From Candidatus Tayloriibacteriota bacterium (GTDB taxonomy: Bacteria > Patescibacteriota > Minisyncoccia > Phycocordibacterales > PALSA-1337), in assembly GCA_016215455.1 (NCBI GenBank), contig JACRJP010000004.1:21132-85131 (forward strand): a stretch of DNA of 64,000 nt. Direction: 5' to 3'. Position 1 is the stretch's first letter, and each line of letters opens with the position of its first letter. The notes beneath the pieces are model-generated. The model did no database searches and was not told the origin of the DNA. It saw only the letters and a program-made list of their open reading frames with translations. Position numbers and translations under genes: made by a program. Below, one piece after another: positions 40,351 through 49,547 of the stretch.

Positions 40351-41313
40351 ATGTCGAACAAAGTACTATTGCCTTCAAAGCCAAAAATTATCAAAGAAGA
40401 GGGGACAAGTGGCATTTATGAGATCGATGGTCTCTATCCTGGATACGGCCATACTCTCGGCAACTCACTTCGCCGCATCATTCTTTCATCTATCCCTGGT
40501 GCAGCAGTCACTAAGGTTAAGATCGCTGGCGTAAGTCACGAATTTTCTACAATTGAAGGTGTAAAAGAAGATGTTATCAACATCCTTCTCAATCTAAAGC
40601 AGCTCCGTGTTCGACTCACAGGAGATGAAGCACAGATTATTTCTATAAAGGCAAAGGGAATCAAGTCAATCAAGGCAAAGGACATTGAAGTTCCAGGACA
40701 AGTTGAAATTCTTAACCCTGAACTCCATATTGCTGAACTTACTGACAAGGGATCAGAACTTGATATCGAAATGACAGTTCAAGTAGGTCTTGGATATGTT
40801 CCAAAGGAAACTCTTGAAAAAGAACGAGTTGATATCGGAAGTATTTCTCTCGATGCAATCTTCACTCCGATCAAGAAAGTAAACTACGAAGTTGAGAACA
40901 TGCGTGTTGGTGATCGAACAGACTTCAACCGACTCCGCCTCAACATTGAAACTGATGGTACTCTTTCTCCTCACGAAGCTCTTGAATATTCAATCGGCGT
41001 TATGATTGAACAACTTAAGGCAATCGTTGGATTTAAGGAAGAAGAAATTGTTCCAGAAGCTCCTGCAGAGGAAGCGACTTCAACAAAGTCAGAGTCAAAG
41101 AAAGAACTCGACGTAGAATTCCTCAAGACTCGAACAGATTCTATTGGACTTTCTCCTCGAACAGTAAAGGCTCTTGCTAACGCAAACATTCGAACTATTG
41201 GAGGTCTCGCTCGAAAGAAGGAAGCAGACATCCTCGACATCGAAGGTCTTGGAAGTAAGGGGATCCAGGAGATCAAGAAAGTTCTTTCGAACTACGGCAT
41301 TACCCTCAAATAA
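40351..41313 (+). CDS. rpoA: RNA polymerase alpha subunit
   Basis: GYGHTLGNSLRRIILSS, HEFSTIEGVKEDV, VENMRVG.RTDF, alpha-CTD. Confidence 0.98.
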   Translation: MSNKVLLPSKPKIIKEEGTSGIYEIDGLYPGYGHTLGNSLRRIILSSIPGAAVTKVKIAGVSHEFSTIEGVKEDVINILLNLKQLRVRLTGDEAQIISIKAKGIKSIKAKDIEVPGQVEILNPELHIAELTDKGSELDIEMTVQVGLGYVPKETLEKERVDIGSISLDAIFTPIKKVNYEVENMRVGDRTDFNRLRLNIETDGTLSPHEALEYSIGVMIEQLKAIVGFKEEEIVPEAPAEEATSTKSESKKELDVEFLKTRTDSIGLSPRTVKALANANIRTIGGLARKKEADILDIEGLGSKGIQEIKKVLSNYGITLK

Positions 41314-41333
41314 GTTACGATTGATTTACTACG

Positions 41334-41684
41334 ATGAACCACCATTCTAAAACACGAAAATTCGGACGAGAAGAAGGACAGCGAGACGCGCTCATGAAGT
41401 CTCTTGCTCTTGCTCTTATTACTCACGAAAAGATTGAGACGACTCATGCTAAGGCAAAGTCTCTTCGACCATATGTTGAACACCTTGTAACAAAGGCAAA
41501 GATGAATACTCTAGCAGCACGCCGACACATCATTTCAAAGACAGGTAGTGAGATTGCTGCAAAGACTCTCGTAGAAACAGTTGCTCCAAAGTATAAGACT
41601 CGCCAGGGTGGTTACACTCGTATTATCAAACTTCCACGCCGTGAGGCTGATGGTAGTGCGATGGCACAGATTGAGTTTGTATAA
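41334..41684 (+). CDS. rplQ: 50S ribosomal protein L17
   Basis: IETTHAKAK.LR, R.GGYTRIIK...R..DGS.MA.IEFV. Confidence 0.97.
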   Translation: MNHHSKTRKFGREEGQRDALMKSLALALITHEKIETTHAKAKSLRPYVEHLVTKAKMNTLAARRHIISKTGSEIAAKTLVETVAPKYKTRQGGYTRIIKLPRREADGSAMAQIEFV

Positions 41685-41694
41685 TATTAAGACC

Positions 41695-42039
41695 ATGATT
41701 CACACTATTGACGCACAAGGAAAGAAAATCGGACGAGTTGCTACACAAGCAGCGGCTCTTCTTCTTGGAAAGGCTTCTGTTGATTTCTCTAAGAACAAAG
41801 TAGCAGACGTAAAGGTACACATTACAAATGCTTCAAAAGCAGAAATTACTGCAAAAAAGAAGTCTGATAAGGAATACGTAACATTCACAGGTTTCCGAGG
41901 TGGTTTGGACACAGAAAAGCTTTCTGATCTCATCGCTCGAAAGGGATACAGTGAAGCTTTCACACGAGCTGTACACGGTATGATTCCAAATAATAAGCTC
42001 AAGAAGAAGATTATCTTGAACCTCACAGTTAGTGAATAA
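41695..42039 (+). CDS. rplM: 50S ribosomal protein L13 (short, 114 aa)
   Basis: IDAQGKKIGRVATQAA.LL.GK, ITNASK, AV.GMIP.NKL. Precedes rpsI. Confidence 0.93.
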   Translation: MIHTIDAQGKKIGRVATQAAALLLGKASVDFSKNKVADVKVHITNASKAEITAKKKSDKEYVTFTGFRGGLDTEKLSDLIARKGYSEAFTRAVHGMIPNNKLKKKIILNLTVSE

Positions 42040-42044
42040 TTTAT

Positions 42045-42473
42045 ATGATTAAAGAACCCGTAAAAATGTCAGACCATAAGGACACAAAATATATCGAAGC
42101 CGTTGGACGACGAAAGACTTCAGCTGCTCGAGTACGTATTTCTGAAGCTTCAAAGACTTCATACAGTATCAATGGTAAGGCACTCGAAGTATACTTCCCA
42201 ACAAAAGAACTCCAGGCTACTGTAGCTTCTCCATTTGTTACATCTAAGGTTGTTGGTAAGTTCAAAGTTACAGCTATGGCAAAGGGAGGTGGTGTTGCTT
42301 CACAAGCTGATGCAGTACGACACGGTATTTCTCGAGCTCTCATCATTCATGATGCAGAACTCCGAAAGACTCTCAAGAAGGCAGGACTCTTGAAGCGAGA
42401 TCCTCGAGCAAAGGAACGACGAAAGTTCGGTTTGAAGAAGGCTCGAAAGGCTCCACAGTGGTCAAAGCGATAA
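42045..42473 (+). CDS. rpsI: 30S ribosomal protein S9
   Basis: GRRKTSAARV, GGG...QA.AVRHGISRAL, KERRKFGLKKARKAPQWSKR. Confidence 0.98.
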   Translation: MIKEPVKMSDHKDTKYIEAVGRRKTSAARVRISEASKTSYSINGKALEVYFPTKELQATVASPFVTSKVVGKFKVTAMAKGGGVASQADAVRHGISRALIIHDAELRKTLKKAGLLKRDPRAKERRKFGLKKARKAPQWSKR

Positions 42474-42485
42474 TACGAAACACAT

Positions 42486-42510
42486 ACACCAGCCACAAGC
42501 TGGTGTTGTG
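42486..42510 (+). terminator. Hairpin after rpsI (probable terminator)
   Basis: ACACCAGC-CACAA-GCTGGTGT followed by TGTG; poor U-tract. Confidence 0.5.
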
Positions 42511-42539
42511 GTGTATACTTGTTAATATTTCACAACTAT

Positions 42540-43085
42540 ATGATCAACATTATTTTTGAAGCGCACGGTACGACTTTTGACAACGAGGCACATCTCTCAT
42601 CAGGTCATAACGATGTAGCTCTTTCACCCTTAGGAATTAAACAATCAAAGGAAATGGGTGAGCGCTATGCTAACGATCATTTTGATGCCATATTCTGCTC
42701 AGACTTACAACGTGCCTACAAAAGTGCTGAAATAGGATTTGGAACAAAATGGCCTATCATTCAAGATGCACGACTTCGTGAATGTAACTATGGAGATTTT
42801 ACTCAAAATCCAAGTGAATTAGTTGATACTCAAAAACCTCTTCGAATTAACGAGCCATTCCCGAACGGAGAAAGCTACAAACAGACAACTGCACGAATGA
42901 AAAGTTTTCTCGATGATCTTCTCAAAAACTATCAGGGTAAGCGGATCATGATCATTGGGCACCGAGCAACACAGTACGGTCTCGACCATCTCATTAATGG
43001 GGTTCCTCTAGAAAAACTCGTTACATCTCATTTCAAATGGCAACCAGGATGGGAGTATACATTTGAACATTATTTTAAAAATTAA
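42540..43085 (+). CDS. Histidine phosphatase (phosphoglycerate mutase-like) family protein
   Basis: AHGTT.DN, LS.LG..Q, FCSDLQRA, DARLRECNYG, FPNGES, IIGH. Confidence 0.88.
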   Translation: MINIIFEAHGTTFDNEAHLSSGHNDVALSPLGIKQSKEMGERYANDHFDAIFCSDLQRAYKSAEIGFGTKWPIIQDARLRECNYGDFTQNPSELVDTQKPLRINEPFPNGESYKQTTARMKSFLDDLLKNYQGKRIMIIGHRATQYGLDHLINGVPLEKLVTSHFKWQPGWEYTFEHYFKN

Positions 43086-43157
43086 GGATAAAATTTTAAT
43101 AAAAATATAATCACGCAATCTATTCACAACCATTCATCAAATCTGTATACTATGACC

Positions 43158-43778
43158 ATGAATAACGATCAAGAATTCGAACTCACTGAAGAAGGTAAGA
43201 AGGCTGCGAAAAGCGCTGCCGCGCAAGGTGATTCTGATATTGTCATCGATGCTGATGCTGCAGAAAATCTTGGTGTAGGAGCACAAGGCATGACAGATTC
43301 TATTGCTGCACTTCGAGAGAAACTCAAGAAAGCAATTGCTGAAAAACAAGAGTATCTTGATGGTTGGCAGCGAACAAAAGCTGAGATCATAAACTACAAA
43401 AAGCGGAATGAAGAAGATATGAAAGAATTCCGTAAGTTTGCTCAAGAAGGCCTCATTGAAGAACTTCTCCCAACTCTCCAAAGTTTTGACATGGCAATGA
43501 ATAATAAAGAAGTCTGGGAGAAGGTTGATAAGAACTGGCGAGTAGGTGTTGAGTATATCTACAACCAACTTAAATCAACTCTTGAAAACGCAGGTCTCAA
43601 GGAAATCAATCCTATAGGCCTTCCATTTGACCCTATGCGCGATGAAGCTATCGAACATACACCTGTGACCGATGAGAGTCAGAATAACGTTGTAACAGCC
43701 GTCATACAGAAAGGTTATTTACTCAATGGTAAATCTCTCCGTGCACCGAAAGTTAAAGTAGGGGAGTTCAAAAAGTAA
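43158..43778 (+). CDS. grpE: Nucleotide exchange factor GrpE
   Basis: QRTKAEIINYKKR, FDP...EA, QKGY.LNG..LR.PKV.VG. ATG 43158 chosen because it lies 6 nt after TATACT. Confidence 0.96.
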   Translation: MNNDQEFELTEEGKKAAKSAAAQGDSDIVIDADAAENLGVGAQGMTDSIAALREKLKKAIAEKQEYLDGWQRTKAEIINYKKRNEEDMKEFRKFAQEGLIEELLPTLQSFDMAMNNKEVWEKVDKNWRVGVEYIYNQLKSTLENAGLKEINPIGLPFDPMRDEAIEHTPVTDESQNNVVTAVIQKGYLLNGKSLRAPKVKVGEFKK

Positions 43779-43817
43779 CCCTTGACTAACCTGTAAATTT
43801 GGTATAATTACAACGTA

Positions 43818-44111
43818 ATGCTCACACTACGTCCACAACAGAAAATTGTTGAAAAAATCCTCATTGCACGCAATGGTGGGCGTGTTCGTGTTACCTTCGC
43901 TGTTATTGAAACAGCAGGAAATATTGAGTTCAAAGTACTCAAAGTAACCCCTATAGTCGCATCGATCAAGGGACCTACAATCCTCGCACTCCCTGGTAAA
44001 ATCAAAGATTCTGTAGCACCAGCAACTACAGCAACTTTCACAACATTCGTATCGCCATACGTATCTCTTTTCTTCTTTGATAGTCAACCTACACGCGCTC
44101 CATCTTTTTAA
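43818..44111 (+). CDS. Small hypothetical protein ending in ...SQPTRAPSF (candidate arrest peptide)
   Basis: 97 aa with own promoter (TTGACT, TGGTATAAT), host-like codons, between grpE and dnaK. Confidence 0.7.
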   Translation: MLTLRPQQKIVEKILIARNGGRVRVTFAVIETAGNIEFKVLKVTPIVASIKGPTILALPGKIKDSVAPATTATFTTFVSPYVSLFFFDSQPTRAPSF

Positions 44112-44125
44112 TAAAAATTGTCTGA

Positions 44126-44344
44126 TTATTCACAGACTTTCGTAAGTTCATCAACTCGACACCACGTCATCCTTAGGCCTTCTTGGAACTGAATACAGAT
44201 CGTGAGTCCTTCAGGAAAGATGTGTTTCAAAGATGTCTTTCGAACCTCAATAATTTTGGCTCTTAAGCCATTAATCGGGCAATCATGCCAATGAACAGAC
44301 GTAAAGGTGACAAGATCACCCTCCTTGAAAGGAACAGCGTTCAT
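44126..44344 (-). CDS. Small hypothetical protein (SH3/KOW-like beta barrel)
   Basis: FKEGDLV.F...G..AKIIEV...I.IQF.....W....EL.KV. TGATAGTGT lies 7 nt upstream on the - strand. Confidence 0.55.
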   Translation of the reverse strand: MNAVPFKEGDLVTFTSVHWHDCPINGLRAKIIEVRKTSLKHIFPEGLTICIQFQEGLRMTWCRVDELTKVCE

Positions 44345-44390
44345 GGCGATAACACTATCACTATTTACTAATTAATCAACTAAACTATAT

Positions 44391-46313
44391 ATGTCTAAAA
44401 TCATAGGAATCGACTTAGGAACAACAAACTCAGCAGTTGCGGTCATGGAAGTAGGAACACCAAAGATCCTCGAGAACGCAGAAGGTGCGCGTACAACTCC
44501 ATCTATCCTTGCTCTCTCAAAGACAGGTGATCGCATGGTAGGACTTCTTGCTAAACGACAAGGTGTTACTAATCCAAAAAATACTATCTATCAGATCAAG
44601 CGCTTCATTGGTCACAACTTTGATGATCCAGCAGTACAGAAGGATCGTGCATCAGTACCATTTGAAATGCAGAAATCTGCAAGTGGTGGTATTGAAGTGA
44701 AGATGGGAGATAAGTGGTATCGACCTGAAGAAATTTCAGCGATGATCCTCACCAAGCTCAAGACTGATGCAGAAGCACGTCTTGGAGAAAAGATTACTGA
44801 AGCGGTCATTACTGTCCCAGCATACTTCAACGATGCTCAGCGACAAGCAACAAAAGATGCGGGTAAGATTGCAGGTCTCGATGTAAAGAGAATCATTAAC
44901 GAACCTACAGCCGCAGCTCTCGCATACGGCTTCAACAAAAAGAAGGATGAAAAGATCGTAGTCTTCGACTTCGGTGGAGGTACTTTCGATATTTCAGTTC
45001 TTGAAGTAGGCGATGATGTTGTTGAAGTAAAATCAACCGACGGTGACGCACACTTGGGAGGAAAGGATATTGATCAAAAAATCATCAACTGGCTTGCAGA
45101 AGAATTTAAGAAAGCATCAGGTATTGATGTTCGTAAGGATGCACTTGCTCTTCAGCGACTCGATGAAGCTGCTGAAAAAGCAAAAATCGAACTCTCAACA
45201 GCAGTTCAGACAGAAGTAAACATTCCATTCATCACATCTGGTGCAGATGGTCCTCAGCACCTTCTCATCACTATGACTCGTGCAAAACTCGAAGAACTCA
45301 CTCGTGAATTCATCGATCGAGCAATGGAAATCACAAAGCGAGCAATGGAAGCTTCTCCATTCAAGATTGGTGACATTAATGAAATCATTCTTGTCGGAGG
45401 GCAGACACGAATGCCTGCTATTCAGGCAGCTGTTAAAAGTTACTTTGGTAAGGATCTTCATATGGGTGTAAACCCTGATGAAGTGGTTGCGGTGGGTGCC
45501 GCTATTCAAGGAGGTATTCTTGCAGGAGATGTGAAAGATGTTCTTCTCCTCGATGTTATCCCTCTTTCTCTTGGTATTGAAACAATGGGACAGGTTGCTA
45601 CAAAACTCATTGAAAAGAACACAACAATTCCAACATCACGTTCTCAAACATTCTCAACGGCTGCTGATAATCAGACAGAGGTAACGATTCACGTTGTGCA
45701 AGGGGAGCGAACAATGGCAAAGGATAACAAGTCGCTTGGTCAGTTTAATCTCGGTGGTATTGCTCCAGCTCCACGAGGAACACCTCAAATCGAAGTTACG
45801 TTTGATATCGATGCAAACGGTATCTTGAGTGTATCTGCAAAGGATAAGGCGACGGGTAAATCAAACTCAATTAAGATCACTGCAAGTTCAGGTCTTTCAA
45901 AAGAAGAAGTTGAAAAGATGAAGAAAGATGCTGAAATGAATGCAGCAGACGATCAGAAGAAAAAAGAAGAGATTGAAATAAAGAACGGTGCAGAACAAAT
46001 GATCTACACTGCAGAAAAATCTCTCAAGGATTACAAAGACAAAATCCCTGCAGATACAGCAAAGTCTATTGAAGAAAAGATCGCTGCTGCAAAAACAACA
46101 AAAGAAGGAAGTGATATGGCTGCAATTAAAACTGCAACTGAGGCACTTTCAACAGAGCTCTCAAAGATTGGTGAAATTATCTCGAAGGCACAGCAAGCTG
46201 CTGGTCCAGGAGCTGGTGCAGAAGGTGCGCAACCAGGAACAAATGGTACTGATGCCGGAGCAGGCGGTACAGGAGATAACGTTCGCGATGCAGAGTTTAA
46301 AGAGAAGAAATAA
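44391..46313 (+). CDS. dnaK: Chaperone DnaK
   Basis: [44 protein letters not shown] tail. Confidence 0.99.
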   Translation: MSKIIGIDLGTTNSAVAVMEVGTPKILENAEGARTTPSILALSKTGDRMVGLLAKRQGVTNPKNTIYQIKRFIGHNFDDPAVQKDRASVPFEMQKSASGGIEVKMGDKWYRPEEISAMILTKLKTDAEARLGEKITEAVITVPAYFNDAQRQATKDAGKIAGLDVKRIINEPTAAALAYGFNKKKDEKIVVFDFGGGTFDISVLEVGDDVVEVKSTDGDAHLGGKDIDQKIINWLAEEFKKASGIDVRKDALALQRLDEAAEKAKIELSTAVQTEVNIPFITSGADGPQHLLITMTRAKLEELTREFIDRAMEITKRAMEASPFKIGDINEIILVGGQTRMPAIQAAVKSYFGKDLHMGVNPDEVVAVGAAIQGGILAGDVKDVLLLDVIPLSLGIETMGQVATKLIEKNTTIPTSRSQTFSTAADNQTEVTIHVVQGERTMAKDNKSLGQFNLGGIAPAPRGTPQIEVTFDIDANGILSVSAKDKATGKSNSIKITASSGLSKEEVEKMKKDAEMNAADDQKKKEEIEIKNGAEQMIYTAEKSLKDYKDKIPADTAKSIEEKIAAAKTTKEGSDMAAIKTATEALSTELSKIGEIISKAQQAAGPGAGAEGAQPGTNGTDAGAGGTGDNVRDAEFKEKK

Positions 46314-46321
46314 AAAAGGGA

Positions 46322-46570
46322 TTATCGGCGACAAGCACAGTCGTAATTGAGGAGAAACTTATCGGACGAAAGTTTACCTTCACTGTCCAAAGCAAACCTC
46401 AAACACGACAAGATGCTAGCTGCACGAAAGACTGCCGAAATGTCAGATTGCTCAGCGTAAAGTTCGATGAGTAGCGGTCCCAGTCCAATAGGTAGGGTAT
46501 ACAGCAATTCTGCACGAGCTGCGACTGACAAGCTTCTCCAGGCAGCCTTAATGAGAGATTCGGTGTCCAT
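46322..46570 (-). CDS. Hypothetical protein (orphan)
   Basis: 82-aa ORF with - strand promoter TTGACA-16-TAGTAT at about 46601-46628. Confidence 0.45.
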   Translation of the reverse strand: MDTESLIKAAWRSLSVAARAELLYTLPIGLGPLLIELYAEQSDISAVFRAASILSCLRFALDSEGKLSSDKFLLNYDCACRR

Positions 46571-46649
46571 AGAAGGGAGCAGATTATGTGACCTAGCAAA
46601 ATACTACAATATCAAGTAAGATTGTCAACATTCGCGACACAAATATACA

Positions 46650-47516
46650 ATGGCTCAAAAAGACTATTACAAAATCCTAGGTGTTGATAAAAATGCATCA
46701 AAGGAAGACATAAAAAAGGCTTTCCGAAAGCTCGCTCACGAACATCATCCTGATAAGAATGGTGGTAATGATGCTAAGTTTAAAGAGGCTAACGAGGCCT
46801 ATAGTATTCTCTCTGACGACACAAAACGTCGCCAGTATGACACCTATGGTAGTGATGGTCCGAGCTTCACGGGTGGTGGACCTTTCGGAGGAGCAGGCGG
46901 CTTCGGGGGTTTCGATTTCTCAGGTTTTGCCAATGGTCAAAATGGTCAACAGTTTGAATTTGATCTCGGAGACATCTTCGGAGAATTCTTTGGAGGTGGA
47001 GGACGCCGACCACGAAAGGGTCGCAACATCACCATTGATATCCAACTCACTCTTAAAGAATCAATCTTTGGTATTGAACGTGAAATCTCAACAGGTAAAG
47101 AGAAATTCTCTATCAAAATCCCTGCTGGTATCAATCACGGAGAAGGTCTTCGTGTTCCTGGAAAAGGTGAACAGGGAGAAGCAGGACCTGGAGATCTTGT
47201 TGTTCGAGTATGGGTTGAGGATCATAAGACAATTCGTCGTGAGAATTACAATCTCATTACTGAACTCAAGATTAAACTCACTCAGGCACTCTTAGGTGAC
47301 ACCGTAAACATTGAAACTCTTGATGGTCCAATTGAGATGAAAATTCCTCAAGGAGTGACTCATGGAGAGATTCTTCGTGTTAAAGGAAAGGGTGTGACAA
47401 TCGAGCGCACTGGAAAACGTGGTGATTTCTTGGTTATTATTCACATCGATCTTCCACGAAAACTCTCACGTAGTGCAGCAAAGCTCGTAGAACAATTGAA
47501 GGAAGAGGGGATATAG
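46650..47516 (+). CDS. dnaJ: DnaJ-family co-chaperone lacking the zinc finger
   Basis: J-domain with HPD, G/F-rich region and C-terminal domain. No CxxCxGxG repeats; 288 aa. Confidence 0.9.
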   Translation: MAQKDYYKILGVDKNASKEDIKKAFRKLAHEHHPDKNGGNDAKFKEANEAYSILSDDTKRRQYDTYGSDGPSFTGGGPFGGAGGFGGFDFSGFANGQNGQQFEFDLGDIFGEFFGGGGRRPRKGRNITIDIQLTLKESIFGIEREISTGKEKFSIKIPAGINHGEGLRVPGKGEQGEAGPGDLVVRVWVEDHKTIRRENYNLITELKIKLTQALLGDTVNIETLDGPIEMKIPQGVTHGEILRVKGKGVTIERTGKRGDFLVIIHIDLPRKLSRSAAKLVEQLKEEGI

Positions 47517-47532
47517 TCTATACTACATATAC

Positions 47533-47616
47533 ATGAAATCTGTCACGCAACAATCAACTTCTTGGCTTTGGTCAACCACACATCGTACATATCTGGTGCG
47601 TGCTTTGTCCCTATAA
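47533..47616 (+). CDS. Putative Trp-containing leader peptide MKSVTQQSTSWLWSTTHRTYLVRALSL
   Basis: ATG 8 nt after TATACT. TGG codons at 47563 and 47569. The 3' part can pair with the downstream hairpin arm. Lies upstream of trpS. Confidence 0.6.
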   Translation: MKSVTQQSTSWLWSTTHRTYLVRALSL

Positions 47617-47631
47617 ACCATTCTCACAATT

Positions 47632-47694
47632 GAGCTTTGCAAATCACACACCAGCTTTGTACAGCTGGTGTTGTGCTATGTGGCCGACAAGCTC
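47632..47694 (+). promoter_or_regulatory. Attenuator-like hairpin
   Basis: Inner stem ACACCAGCT/AGCTGGTGT and outer stem GAGCTT/AAGCTC. Alternative pairing with 47593-47607. Confidence 0.55.
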
Positions 47695-47703
47695 TTTATT
47701 GTT

Positions 47704-47940
47704 ATGTTTCCAACATACCACTGCTATAAATGTAATGTGAATACATCTGGTATACCAGAGAAAATACCTGATTCGAACAACAAAACATGGCATTGCCCAA
47801 TATGCCATTCATTGTTACGCCAATGTCTACAATGCCTTTGTTTTGCATCAATAACCAATGAAAAGTGCGACGCATGTGTTCCTGGTGTAAAAAAAGTTTA
47901 CCCGAATCAAAAGAGAGGTGGCTGGGATGCATGTTGGTAG
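47704..47940 (+). CDS. Small Cys-rich (double zinc-ribbon-like) protein
   Basis: Four CxxC pairs (CYKC, CPIC, CLQC, CDAC) in 78 aa. Confidence 0.6.
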   Translation: MFPTYHCYKCNVNTSGIPEKIPDSNNKTWHCPICHSLLRQCLQCLCFASITNEKCDACVPGVKKVYPNQKRGGWDACW

Positions 47941-48011
47941 ACGTAGATTAAGCTCTCATATGAGCATTTTTAGTTGAGACAAAGATTATTATATTTGCTA
48001 TTATTACCCAC

Positions 48012-49004
48012 ATGTCATCACAACCAAAAACTCTACTTTCTGGCGTTAAGCCGACAGGACGACCACATATTGGAAACTACTTCGGAGCAATGAAACAGTT
48101 TGTTGATCTTCAGGCAGCTCATAAGGATGCGCGGAAATTCTTCATGATTGCTGACTATCATGCATTGAACTTCATTCAAGATGGAGCAAAGATGCATGAC
48201 CTCATCATTGATCTCGCTCTCGATTATCTCGCAATTGGACTCGATCCGAAACAATCAGTAATCTTCAAGCAATCAGATGTATCAGCACACACTGAACTTG
48301 CGTGGGTATTCGACACGATCACTACGATCCCATATCTCGAACGAGCACATGCCTATAAAGATGCTGAAGCAAAAAATAAAGAGATAAGTGTTGGTACGTT
48401 CAACTATCCAATGCTCATGGCAGCAGATATTCTTTTGTATGATGCAAATATCGTTCCTGTAGGGCAAGATCAAAAACAACATATCGAATATGCTCGTGAT
48501 ACAGCACTCAAGTTCAACCATATCTTCTGTGGAGGAGAAAAAGAAAATGGAGGCGCTCCACTTTTCATACTTCCTGAACCTCTCATCATGAAAGACGTTG
48601 CGACTGTCCCAGGTATCGATGGTCAAAAAATGAGTAAGAGCTACAACAATACGATTCCACTCTTTGCAACGGAAGAGGAAATGACAAAAGCTGTCATGGG
48701 AATTGTTACTGATTCAGGAAGTGGAATTCCAAAGAACGTCTACGATATTCATCGACTCTTCCGTACTGAAGCTGAACTTGCAGTGATCTACGAAGAGCAC
48801 AAAGGGAAGTACAAAGCTCTCAAGGATGCTCTTCTTGCTGATCTTAAAGCATTTATCAATCCACTCCGTACTCGACGAGAAGAACTCGCAAAGGACAAAG
48901 AAGCAGTCCTCAAAATTCTCAAAGAGGGAGGTGAACGAGCTCGTTCTGTCGCTGAACCAAAGATGCAGGAAGTGAGAAAAACTATTGGTGTTGGACTCTA
49001 TTAA
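48012..49004 (+). CDS. trpS: Tryptophanyl-tRNA synthetase
   Basis: SGVKPTG.PHIGNY.GA, YPMLMAADIL, VPVG.DQ.QH.E, KMSKS. Confidence 0.98.
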   Translation: MSSQPKTLLSGVKPTGRPHIGNYFGAMKQFVDLQAAHKDARKFFMIADYHALNFIQDGAKMHDLIIDLALDYLAIGLDPKQSVIFKQSDVSAHTELAWVFDTITTIPYLERAHAYKDAEAKNKEISVGTFNYPMLMAADILLYDANIVPVGQDQKQHIEYARDTALKFNHIFCGGEKENGGAPLFILPEPLIMKDVATVPGIDGQKMSKSYNNTIPLFATEEEMTKAVMGIVTDSGSGIPKNVYDIHRLFRTEAELAVIYEEHKGKYKALKDALLADLKAFINPLRTRREELAKDKEAVLKILKEGGERARSVAEPKMQEVRKTIGVGLY

Positions 49005-49027
49005 CTAACCTTTATACTATTGAGATT

Positions 49028-49114
49028 ATGAAATACGTCATGGTAGCCCTCATCATTCTTGCAGGACTTATCGTTGTAGCACTTCTCATCATGTCAGGAC
49101 TTAAGGCTGCATAG
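49028..49114 (+). CDS. 28-aa single-TM peptide MKYVMVALIILAGLIVVALLIMSGLKAA
   Basis: Below ORF cutoff. Uninterrupted hydrophobic stretch; TATACT/TACTAT -10 just upstream. Confidence 0.6.
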   Translation: MKYVMVALIILAGLIVVALLIMSGLKAA

Positions 49115-49150
49115 GATTGCTTGTTTTTATTCAAAAAATGTGATATATTA

Positions 49151-49503
49151 TTCAACGGAGAGAGCAGTTGGGCCGTTGACATTATGTGCATTGCGCACGT
49201 CACACAGGACCACGTCTTTTTGTTGGGCTGTCATCTTTGATAGCCAAACCGAGGGACTGCACCCCTTCTGAGACACAACGCGTGCCCATAATGCACATTC
49301 GGCTTCGGCTGACGCGATTGGGTTCTTTTCATGATTCGAGCTTTCGTTTGTACGATTGCTCCATATAACACTCGTTTGTTATATGTCATGTTCTTTCTGA
49401 ATTCCTTGGCTCGGCCTTGTGAATTCTTCTGGTCATGATTTCTTTGATTTCACGACCTCCTTATGACCGCCATGTTGCTCACGCACCATGGTTTTGTCTT
49501 TTT
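49151..49503 (+). ncRNA. Candidate ~350-nt structured non-coding RNA of unknown class
   Basis: Promoter-like TTGCTT...TGATATATT upstream, at least seven stems, and a terminal hairpin with TTTTGTCTTTTT. No convincing ORF. Confidence 0.6.
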
Positions 49504-49547
49504 ATGTAATATAGGCAAATCTCACCTACGACTGCTATACTATGGTC

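Noticed and set aside
43090-44390. CIRCE operator for grpE/dnaK
   Set aside because: No TTAGCACTC-N9-GAGTGCTAA here; a half-site-like TTAGCACTT near 59306 lacks its partner.
49151-49503. Identification as tmRNA, RNase P RNA, SRP RNA or a T-box
   Set aside because: No tRNA-like acceptor or T-arm, no GAGGAAAGUCC or SRP core on either strand, no T-box GGTGGNACC, and it lies downstream of trpS.
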